From Pavona decussata (lineage: Eukaryota), in assembly GCA_977016875.1 (NCBI GenBank), contig CDRNST010000118.1, forward strand, positions 2,356,001 through 2,420,000: 64,000 nt of DNA, written 5' to 3'. Shown here piece after piece: positions 50,304 to 61,507 of the stretch. Under the pieces are notes generated by a model that did no database searches, was not told the DNA's origin, and saw only the letters and a program-made list of their open reading frames with translations. Positions within the stretch are counted from its first letter, which is position 1; each line of letters opens with the position of its first letter. A program made the position numbers and the translations under genes.

Positions 50304-50455
50304 TTTGAGAAAGAAAGGCAGCTAATCAGCTAACATGGACCGTTTTTCCCCTGGCTCTTGCGTGAGGTGCAATTCCGTGCCAGGGACCAATAGCGCCGTC
50401 ATGTAAAATTTACTGAAAATTTAGTCACGCAATCTTAATAGTAACGTAACACAAG
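50304..50455. promoter_or_regulatory. Probable bidirectional promoter between FMO and SHPK
   Basis: Only 152 bp separate the divergent start codons. Confidence 0.7.
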
Positions 50456-53400
50456 ATGGAGGACGGGTTCAATTATTCTGAAACTTTTGTCCTCGGAATC
50501 GACATTGGCACGACTTCGATCAAAGTATCTTTGTTGGCTGAAAGTACTAGAGATGTTGTTGAGAGTTTTAGATGTGAAACAGAGGCAAATATTTGTGGTG
50601 ACGAAACGCACTTTGCAGAGCAAGATGTGACAAAAATCCTGTCCATTTTAAACCATGCCCTTAACCGATTGTCATCGAAATTTCTAGGCAGAGTGAGTAG
50701 AATTGGGGTTTGTGGACAGATGCATGGCTGTGTTATGTGGAAAGGACAATCTTTCCAGGCTTTGAACACAACTGATGATATTCTGGCTTTCAAAAACAAT
50801 GCTTCTAGTTTAATAACATGGGAAGACAGGAGATGTCATGAGGAGTTTCTTTCCACACTCCCCCGTACACAGCAAACGGTTGCTATTTCCACCGGTTTTG
50901 GGTGTGCTAGTCTGTTTTGGCTTCAAAGAAACCATCCTAGTCTTCTGGAACGTTATGACTGTGCTGGAACCATCATGGATTTTGTTGTGTGTATATTGTG
51001 TCAAATGGACAAGCCTTGTATGTCTTCTCAGAATGCTGTCAGTTGGGGATATTTTGATGTTGATAGCATGACCTGGGAGTTGGATCTGTAAGTTTGTAGA
51101 TAGCAGGGACACATGTTGTTGTGGTACACTCTTCTTTTTATATAAGAAAGTCTAATAGGCCTTATCACGGTTTTCGACACCATTTTGACAAGTAGGCAAA
51201 CAGGCTTGAAATAACTGTGTTTGTGGGAAAATCCGATGTCAAATAATTTTCATAAAATATTGTTTCTGAAAAATTCTTGAATTGGAAACTTTTGGCATTA
51301 GAAAAAGGATTTTGAGAGAAAAAAAAGGAGGGATGTAGCTGTGCCAGAAAGCCTCCAGTTGTGTTTTGAACTTTCCATACATTTGCTTGTATAGCGAACC
51401 AGCCATAACCTGCTACTAAAAATAGTTCGCAGGGAAAAAAACAGGGAATTGTATGAAGATTATAACAATAATATTACTATTAAGCGAAAAATGCTGTTAG
51501 TATTAATTAGTTGAAATGGGCGATTGCCAAAAAGCAAAATAGTAATTTTGTGAAATGGATTGTAATTATACCTTAAAACAATTGGCAGTCACCCATTTCA
51601 ACTGAACAAAATAGTAATTTTACCAAAATTGCTTTTTTGCAAGATTTGAACGGGAAACATGTTTTCACCATAAGGACAACCAGAACATTAACTCATTGGG
51701 CTAAACCGGAATTTAAGCCATTCAATACTGAATAAACAGGCTCACTTCTTTAACTTCCTTTTTACGTCTTTTCTAATTACAGCCTTAAAAGTGCAAATTT
51801 TCCCACCCATCTCCTGCCAGAAGTGGTTGAGCCTGGTACTGTGGCTGGTAAACTTCAGAAGTCTTTCTTTGGCATTCCAGTTGGAACTCCTGTGGGAGTG
51901 GCCTTGGGGGATTTTCAGTGCTCTGTGCTTTCCAGCACATCCCAATTAAGTGATGCAGGTATAATTCAAACATTCATATTTGAAAGGTCTACAGCTGTGC
52001 ATATAACTAGCCTTAAAACTCTTTTTTTCTCTTTGTTTTCTTTTTACAACATAATTTTATATTCTATATTTAATTTGCCCCACGCTTAAGTTCCAATGTC
52101 TTTCCTAAAGGACAAATTCTCGACTTCAGTCAATCACCTTTCATGCCTTGCAAACATTGATATAATACAAAAGAAATGTGTTTGAAATATTTCCCCACTC
52201 CCTGGGCACTGTACATTTATTTATCAAATTCCTGGGGTATGCCCTTCAAGGACTAATAGCTGACTATATTAGAGGACTCAATCATAACCATTCAAAGCCA
52301 CTTATGTAGCCCTTTACCCATGATATATTGGGAGACTGGTTCTTAGCAAAGTGGATCTCAAGAAACTCACCAAACAAGTAGATATCAATGTGAATGCTAC
52401 CATCATGCCACTCAAGTTATTGACAGTAGTGTAATAAAATTAAATATAGTAATGTTGTGTGGTGTTGTCTAAGGCTACAACTCTGGGGGAGGTATGCCAT
52501 GAGCATATCCAATTGACTCATATTAGATATCTTGAAACTCATTCTGGGAGTATGGTACGCTACTTGTAACAGTCCACTTATGTCCAGAAATGCACCTAAC
52601 CCTGATTTTGGGTACTTTATATAAGACAGACCTTTTTGTCATTTTCATATGACTTCATGTTCGACAGAATTATTTGTGTTTTAGTAAGAATTTAGGGTAG
52701 GGGACGCATTGTGATGTCTATCATACAGTTCATGCATCTCATTAGCATGCATTTCTGGACATATCTCTGACAGTCTAAGCTGGGTCGGGCATAAGCTCCT
52801 TGAAAGAGTAAACCCAAGATTCATTTACCATACTAGAAAAATATCTGCAATAGCATTTCTGATAATGGTATTCTTAATGTCATGATTAAATTAAAACACC
52901 AAAACAGAAGATCATTTTTGATTAAAACAAAAAACGATGGTTAAAAAAAATATGAAGTTTAGTACCCTGGGATAATATGCAATCACAACGCAAATTGACT
53001 TTTTTTCCACTTTTTTTTTTTTATTACTGTTTTAGTCTTTAATATTGGCACTGGCTGTCAGCTGGCTGTGGTCATTCCTGGGGATGCCTGTAATACAAGT
53101 ACTACTCAAGCTCATTGCAGTCTAGCTGGAGACATCACAAATGAGGCTGCAGTAAAGGTGCTTCCTTTCTTTCGAGGAAGGAAGGTCATCACAGCAGCAT
53201 CACTTTCAGGTAATAATTTATTACATGCCATGAAAATTTGTTCCACAAATTATAACAGGATAAAGTATAGTTGTTTACTGGAGTCAGTTAGTATGAGGTG
53301 TCAGAGTTTAGCCATGAGCAACTAGGTCAGTAATTATTTATTGTAAAATGTTTGTTGACATTTGTACCCTTAGCAGCAGCTAGCACCATCCTTGAAGGCC

Positions 53401-54649
53401 CAGGGATAGCTGGTTGGGACATGGTGAAGATTTCACAGACAGAATCAGTAGCTAGCGAACTTTCACCTGTGAAATCTTCATCCCATCCCAGTTGTCTGCC
53501 CCAGGGTCTCTGCGAATGCAAAATTAGCATGTATGCACAAATTGAATGGCGTCAAATTATGATGATGTGGCAGTGTTGAATTAACCCCTAACGCACTTGT
53601 CAGGTCCATCTCAAGGATAATGCAGGCACTAAGGTAGGGATCCATGAGATTGCTGCATTGGCTATTTTGCTGAAGTCTATGAAGGGGCATATAGCGTTAG
53701 GACAGTCAATGTGCATTTGAACCAAGTTTGGGGTTAGCTTGTATGTAGAGACAGTGATTACTACTTCAGTTGGAACTATACAACACACTTTATTGACATC
53801 AGCTGCTTTATTTATAAGTTACAAGGTATACAATTATTCATGTAAAAAACTAAAAGGAAAAACATTACAGGAAAGGGTGTTTATATATGTTTCCGACCTT
53901 TGTAAGTTTGTTCTAACCTAGGTCAATTTTATCTAAAACGGTAAAGCTATCCTGACCAATTGCAGGGTCTGTCTGTGCACTACAGGTAATACTGAAGGTA
54001 AACAAGATAACATTTGGAATGGCATTAATGGGAGCTGTGAACAGGACATTTTCAGAGATAATGCTCTCTTTGTCAGAATGGGGATAGAATCAGTTCCCAG
54101 GGGTAATCTTACCCAGCAACAATCCCTCCCCCTTCCCCTTGATGGACACTACCAGGTGAATGACAAGGTTTCTTTCTTTCAACAGGTGGGAACATTTTTG
54201 CTACTTTTGTCAACATGCTGATGTCATGGATGAAGGATCTTGGAATAAACAACAGCCTTCCATCTACAGATAAACTTTATCAACAAATTCTTGATTGTGC
54301 TGACAAGAAGGGTTCAACTTCACTGAAAGTGATTCCAACATTATGGGGTGAACGACATACTCCAGATAAAAGGGGGCAAGTAAGCAATCTTACATCAGAC
54401 AATATTTCTCTGGGTGATGTATCACTTGCACTTTGTCAAGGACTTGTGGAAAACTTACAGGGGATGATGTCAAAGGAATTCCTACAGTCCCATGGTATTC
54501 AAAGGATTGTGGGTACTGGAAGTGCACTGATGAAAAATCAGGTTCTTCAGAAACAAGTTGAACAGGTTTTTGGATTACCGCTAGTGTTGATTGACAGTTC
54601 AGAAGCTTCAGTCGGAGCCGCATTGGCTGTCATTTCAGAGTGCAATTGA
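50456..54649 (+). CDS. SHPK: Sedoheptulokinase (FGGY carbohydrate kinase family), 4 exons: 50456-51087, 51783-51958, 53036-53209, 54186-54649; 481 aa
   Basis: LGIDIGTTSIK, GVCGQMHG, LITWEDRRC, STGFGCASLFWL, SSQNAVSWGYFD, FPTHLLPEV, GVALGDFQCSV, VFNIGTGCQL, AASLSGGNIFATFV, LWGERH, GTGSAL. All junctions are GT-AG and phase-compatible (632+176+174+464 = 1446 nt). Confidence 0.93.
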
Positions 54650-54953
54650 CATACGAGAAATGTAAATTAAAGTTCATTTGGAATATATAACTGATTCTAG
54701 CAGCTTTCCTTGTAGATATCCTTGAGGTCTCATTGAACATTTGTGCTGAAAATTGTGCGTTCGCCTTTAGGCTTATAATGGTACAGTTTAAAATGTGACT
54801 AAATCAGTAGCTATTTATAATAAAAAGGGTTTACGATATTAATAATGAGGGACCGAAAATTTGAATATACGGCGTAAATGTATCAAGGTGCCTTAGAACA
54901 CAAATCAGTATAGTGACCGTTATGTTTTGACGTATGTGTAAAACAACTAATGT

Positions 54954-55287
54954 NNNNNNNNNNNNNNNNNNNNNNNNNNNNNNNNNNNNNNNNNNNNNNN
55001 NNNNNNNNNNNNNNNNNNNNNNNNNNNNNNNNNNNNNNNNNNNNNNNNNNNNNNNNNNNNNNNNNNNNNNNNNNNNNNNNNNNNNNNNNNNNNNNNNNNN
55101 NNNNNNNNNNNNNNNNNNNNNNNNNNNNNNNNNNNNNNNNNNNNNNNNNNNNNNNNNNNNNNNNNNNNNNNNNNNNNNNNNNNNNNNNNNNNNNNNNNNN
55201 NNNNNNNNNNNNNNNNNNNNNNNNNNNNNNNNNNNNNNNNNNNNNNNNNNNNNNNNNNNNNNNNNNNNNNNNNNNNNNNNNNNNNNN
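54954..55287. other. Assembly gap (334 N)
   Basis: Run of N. Confidence 1.
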
Positions 55288-56295
55288 TCTATATTTTATT
55301 TTACTATTAAAATAGTAAAATTACGCGCCGCGGTGTACGTGAATACAGTTCACGAGAAATGAGAAACGTTATTTGGCCCCATAGGTTTTATGGTGGCGGA
55401 TCGAAAATGGTTTCAATTTCGAGGTGGTTTACCTGCTGCGACCGATACTTGGTCGCAATTCCCTGACATGGAGATAAGATATAGGCAGGTGGCCTTCAGT
55501 AGTGAAATGCTCGACCACTGGAGACCAGGGACGCTTTTCATTTGGCAAAAATTTTCGGTTTAACGGATTGAAATGTAAATGGCACGTGCGGATAAAACTG
55601 AAATGAACCGAAACAAATGGACAACCTTTGGAGGTACTCCATTTTTTCCTTTCCATTTGCACAAAATTTCAATTTTCATTTTGTTGTCTTCCTGCGCCAT
55701 CACATAAGATTTTTTTTATCTAACAATGAGATTGCAAGTTTGGAACGACTGGACTGTTTCCGAAATTTGTAAACGGCGAAAGTTTTGGAAGGAAAAGCGT
55801 ACCAGGAAAGTTCTTTGGTTACAAGATAATATTTTCATGACGGTTTAAATTTTCAGAAATTTGGGTTTGGCAGCTGGAGAGCACGGTCTTCCAACAACAA
55901 TTAAATTTGATTTCGTCAATTTATGCTGGCAAAAATCGATGGTAAAGTGTTCCACTAATGTGATTCAAATTCGGGCATGAACTGGCAATTTATGCCGGCT
56001 AGAAACAATAGAAGACATAATATGACACAATTTCAAAAATCAAGTAAGAGATATAAGATTTCATACAGTCAATTAATATTATGTCCATGTACGGTGATAG
56101 TTCCTCAATAATTCAATTTCAAAAGTTGTACCTAAAAACCAACATGTACTAAGTATATACATTGTTCGTCAAAACGGTAAGCGTTTATTTAAACTGAATT
56201 CTAATAAAAAGAGGAGGCCATGTTGTATCCGATTGACAAACACTAGCTGAATAAGCTGATACGCACCCGTTAAAACGTGAGTGTCGCTTTGAAAT

Positions 56296-59200
56296 TTAAG
56301 AAGGTAATTTGGACGGGCATTTGTCCTGCAGGTGCCCCCACTGATGACATTCGCGACAAAAGCTCTCTTTATCTGAGTGAGCAAACCAGCAACTTCTCCC
56401 ACGCGTACAACGATTCTGGTAAATACATGCTTCGCCTTTACGAGGATTTTTAAAAAACTTCTTTTCGTCATCAGTATGGCCATATGTGCACTTCAATCTG
56501 TGCTTACAGTGAGACCGGTATTTACATTGTTCAGAGTACTGTTGGTTTCTTCTCTGATTCTGTCTCAGTTTGACTTCCTGAAACCCTTTCGAGTCATCTT
56601 CTTCATTCTCTGTGACCCATTCATTTAGGTCTAATTCTTGCTGATCTCGTGTTTCAGCTTCACCTTTATCAGACTGAAGAGAACCGCTCAAGCCGCTTAA
56701 CTCTTCATCAAAATCTTCCAGTGCTTCAAATCTATTTGTGAGGCAAATTTCTTCCTTTAGTGCACGATATTCTTTGCAGTAAGCTGGATAGTTGACAACC
56801 TTTCCTGGGTATTCCTGTTCAAGGCGTTGGAAGATCTTCTCAAAATGATCTGTAAAGTCTTTGTCATCTTTCGACTTTACTTTACTTGCAAAAAGTAGGA
56901 AGATGTCTCTAAAATCTGATGGACTGCCTAGCTTTTCCGGCCCAATGAAACAGAACTGAAAGGGCCAGCCTAACGTTTCACTGAGATTCTTCTGCCAAGC
57001 TTCGTTGGGAGTAAACTCAAAATCCTTTATGACAGCAGATCGTGAGTTCATCCTCGATGTGATTTGCTTCTCATCAAATTTGAAATTTGTGAATGAGATA
57101 TCCTGTAGGTGGGAATCCAAGGGGAAAATTGTGAGTAATTCTGGATTCTCCTCTGCGAGATCTTTAAGCGCCTTAGAGATGCCACTCTCCCACATCCAGA
57201 TTTCGAAAGACCATTTTTTGGCCAGGCCTTCTTTTATTGCTGGTATGACATCAGCATCTCCACTAACAATGATTATTTTTCCATCGGCGACACCCCCATC
57301 GGAAACAAGAGCGGTTATGTCGGTAACCATTTTGTGGTCAACCTGTTTTTCTTTGTTGGTGAATCTGCTTCGTTTACTTGTGATAACTTTCCAACCACGC
57401 TCTCTTATTTTCTTCCAAACAGTGTCTATCGGTGGAGGTTCTGATCCGTATAGGACACCCCAGGCAAGTTCTCTTCCATTCGCAACAACGTCAGCTACTC
57501 TTCCGATGTCCAAGCGCAACCTTGGATCCTCTACGCATTTCAAATTTAACTGTTTGGCGGCAAGCTTTTTTGCCTCGATCCACATATTTGAATCATCAAC
57601 ATAAATGAAAACGTGCTCGTCACTGGATAAAAAGGGTTCGACTGGCTCGACAAACTGAGGGCACCATGGACACTTCATCATATTTATTGGCACGTTTGTT
57701 TTGTATAACTCCACGATGAGTTTCAAAATACAATCACCACATATCATGTGCTGATCCGTGTAGTTTTTACACATCCAGTACTTGTGATAACTTGTCAGTT
57801 CTTTGCAACAATTTTCATAATTGCAATTCCCTCTCGCAAGAAAACCTGTGAAGCAAAGGCATCTTCATTGAATTATTTCTTACCAGGAGTGGGCTAATTA
57901 AAGGATCCGAGTGCCTGTTCTTTTTTCTTTTTTTCCTTTTTTATTGTGATGTCGAATTTGTGATAGAATTACGCATCAAACGTGAGAAAAAGTTCAACAT
58001 TGCAACTAAGAAAATAGTGTTTATATCCTTGTCCTGAACTATTTTCGCTTTTCTTATTATGTAGCATTTAATAAATTTAAGCAATTTTGCTTATTTCCAT
58101 CGCACCTCGTTGATTGTAATCATGTGCAAACCCCAGTGAAATAATTGTATTGATAACCCCACTACAAATTATGATGAATTCTTGTCGATATTTCTTGGAC
58201 CTTGGAAGCATGTGTTATTGCTTTCTCAGTGCAGAAAACATTCGTGATTTAATGCGATTTTCGACGTCATCTTGATTCGGCAACCACTGCTAAAATTACA
58301 GGTTTTGGCTCACCTTAAATCTCTGTGACACCGCTCAAAATTCAGTCGACGAACTTGCAAAATTTAAAATTATGTTTAGAAGATATCCCAGTTATACAAT
58401 TTATTTGCCAAAAAAATTACACCATTCTAGGCGTTATCGTGTAAGTATGTTCAGCCAAGCGCAGAGCACCCAGCCGCGCCGCTCAACGATTTTAAAAGTT
58501 TAGACTAATTTTCAGAGTTTTTGCGAGGATCACCAATGGTGGTTTTATCTTTCATCACCTTATCCATCCTTGTATAGTGGGTTCAATAACCGTCGTTTTA
58601 CTAAAACTAGGATTCAAGAAATGTCTGTCGATCTCTTGGCTACAATTTACCCCGTAAAAACTTTTTCGTGGACAATTAGGTGTTTTACTGTGATGATCGA
58701 TAGTCGACTGGAACGGCGGCAGGGTTGAATGCAGGTTTCCGAAGGCTGAATGCACACATCTGGGAATGTGAACGCCGATGGATTGGATTGACAAATTTTA
58801 TACTTTTCTTCGATGACTTCAATGGTGGAGTCATTTAGCCGTACAATTTGGCCATAATGTCAAACGTTTGATCACCTGAGAGGATGATTTTGACAATAAT
58901 GAATTTTATGATATTACTGTATGCTTTTAAGAGTTTTGCTGCATTTTGACCAGCCTGCAGGCTTGTAACATATACAAACATGATAATATGCAGCAAACAA
59001 TGCATACGGTGATGCCTGACCAAACCACCTCATGAAAACATTACCTATCAAGGCAAACACGTGTACGTTCGGAAGAATTTGGGCATGGGAGTTTATGTGA
59101 ACTTGAGAACACAGAAATGGGTGTACTTTCAAATTATCCCAAACTTTTTAAATGCTCGTATCAGTATTAAGTAGCCATTTTCTATTTCCCAAGAAAAAAA

Positions 59201-60521
59201 CACTCTGAATTTCTTATCAGAAAAAAATCAGTTGAAGAGTCGTTCGTTGTGGTCGTTGAACACGTTGTTATTTGATGTTGCTGATTCTGGACACGTATCA
59301 ATATTAAGTGTTGTCGGATTTTGGTAAACTCAGGATTATCAACACTGTTCTGACTGTTCAAGGATCGGAGAAGATGCAAAAATTAAACCATAGAGTAAGA
59401 TTCATAGATTGCGAAAAATTGCAAAATAAAATGGTCAAAACCTATCAGTTAACGCTCAGCTGTTACCCAAAATACTAGAATCTACAAAACCAAGAGACTA
59501 TGTCTCTTGACAAAACCCATTTTATAATAACTTGAGAAGTAGACCATAACAATTCATTAAACGTGTTACACCAACTCAAAACTAATAACATACCGATAAT
59601 ACATTTATTCCTTAACTGCGAGCTAAAACTTCTATAAATCAGTGTATCATTTCAAGATTTTCAATACATCATCCAAGAGTTTAATTTAATTTAGCTCAAT
59701 TACAGACAGATTTTTGGTAGTTTACGGCAACAGACTCATAAAATTAACATGACAAAAAATGAAAAAAAAAATTCTTTTTATGCGAGTAGACGCGGAATAA
59801 TGCTGCGACACATTATCGTTCGCATTAATATCCTACATCCTAACCAAGTTTTTCCTTCAGTTCGCGTTAACCTAAGATACTTCAATAAACTAAAAAGTTC
59901 AATTTTTAACAAGGTGACAAAATAGGAAATAAATAGTGGCAAAAAGATAAGCAAATAAAACAAAACTAGCCATGTTGGAACGGAATGACGAACACTGTTT
60001 GCAGGTAGAATAGAACAAGAATTTGTCCAAGCCTAATGTGGCAGCAAATCTTTCTTCCTGTTTCGGAAACAAACAAAACATCTTTCTACACGACCAGGGA
60101 ACATCATAGGAAACATTTTTTTCCGCAAAGACAGTAAAGTACGTAGATTGTTTCAGAAGTGAAAGCACTGTTTCCACAAAAAGACGGAAGTACTTTGTAG
60201 TTCCTTTGTCGAGCGACATCATCGTGAAGGTCCCAGTACGAGGAATTGTTTTCAAGAAATGAACTGAATTGCTGCTATACCTTCATATTAGACCATAGTT
60301 TAGACTCCGAGCGACTTTTAAATTTTCTTTAGTAGTTGTTGAAGGCTCGCTGGAGAGGCTTAGAATGATCGAAAATGGTGCATAATGCGAAGATGGCGCG
60401 ATACTCGATTCTTCCCTGTTATATTTGTCTGGACATAAAAGTGTTCAGCAATAAGAGCTAATAACGAAATCTTACCAAGGTTTCCTTGATTTGAGTAGTT
60501 AGCAGGGCTACGACTGGCCAT
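56296..60521 (-). CDS. RING-like + NYN (LabA/DUF88 PIN-fold) nuclease + 2x CCCH + CCHC zinc-knuckle protein; exons 60521-60476 and 57845-56296; 531 aa predicted
   Basis: NYN motifs IYVDDSN, YGSEPP, KEKQVD, IIIVSGDADVIP and WSFEIW. C-terminal CKYRSHCKHRLKCTYGH, CIYQNRCTRGRSCWFAH and CRECHQWGHLQDKC. The frame stays open upstream of the ORF-track Met to an acceptor (gcttcacag|57845). A phase-matched first exon with aagaccATGG and G|GTAAGA lies at 60521-60476. The large exon is secure; exon 1 is less so. Confidence 0.82.
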
Positions 60522-61507
60522 GGTCTTCGTGTAGTTCAAGTCTCCGTGCTCATCTAAGTTATCTATCAAACGATGTTGGTCATGTGACCTTCGTGGTTGT
60601 TAAACGGCGAATACCCGACGACGAACGAAGTGAATCGAAGGTCCGACATGACCGGAAGTTGGTTTATTTTCCTCGCAATCTTTTTTTTAAACTAAATGTT
60701 TAAATCAGGACTTTTTAGTCCATGAAAGTTTGAATGGGATTTTTGGTCACTTGGGTTATTTTTCTGCGAACATAACATGTACACACCCTATCCTGAAAAT
60801 AGTTTTAAAAATCCTTTTTAATGGACACCTTTTTAAAATTATGCAGTGGAACCTCTCGTAACCAACCACCCAAAATGCCAAGATTTAGTGGTCGCTTACG
60901 AGAGTCGAACCAGAAGGGGTCTCTTCCAACCGAAGTTGGGGCGCACTTCTTTAAATCTGTAGAGGACTTCTTAAATAAAACTTCCCTAAGGGGGGTGGGG
61001 TAGACTGGACTAAAAAGAAAATCCAGGCTCAGCTAGCGCTCAGAAACATGACGACCATAGTTCTGACCACCCGACAAAGTGTTCTACGCTAAAGCGTGGG
61101 CCCGGTTGTTTGAAAGCCCATTAACGCTAATCCCCGACTTAAAGATTAACCAAGGTTCTTATCTCGCTCGTTAAAAAATGTTTAAAAAACGAATTTTGGG
61201 CTAATGGTGAAGAAAAGTCGTAAGTCATAACTTACAGACAACAATCTTTGAAAGAATCTTTATTGATTAGTGATTAAAACTGAGTCAAATTAAAGTTCAC
61301 TTTAATCCGGGATTAAGTTTATCGGGCTTTGAACAACCGGGCCCTGGAAAGAGGGAGAGAGGAGTTGCCAAGGCTATGTAGAAAGCGTTTCCGCGGGTTT
61401 TTCTGCGCGAGAAGCGCGTTTACCCTTTTTCCACGGCATCAAACGTTTGTGTCCCATAATTCCATGCGCCTCAAGCATCACGCAACATTTTCATCGTGGA
61501 TGGAAGG
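60522..61507. promoter_or_regulatory. Divergent promoter region between the NYN gene and GLOD4
   Basis: Head-to-head starts ~1 kb apart. Near-palindromic E-box-like ggtcatgtgacc at ~60578 and ETS-like accggaagt at 60651. Confidence 0.45.
61099..61343. mobile_element. Harbinger-type MITE in the GLOD4 upstream region
   Basis: ggcccggttgtttgaaagccc ... gggctttgaacaaccgggcc, flanked by GTG/CTG (degenerate CWG TSD). Confidence 0.8.

Noticed and set aside
54934-55362. ORFs of X residues
   Set aside because: Artefacts of the N gap.
57005-57604. 199-aa plus-strand ORF
   Set aside because: Antisense shadow of the NYN domain exon.
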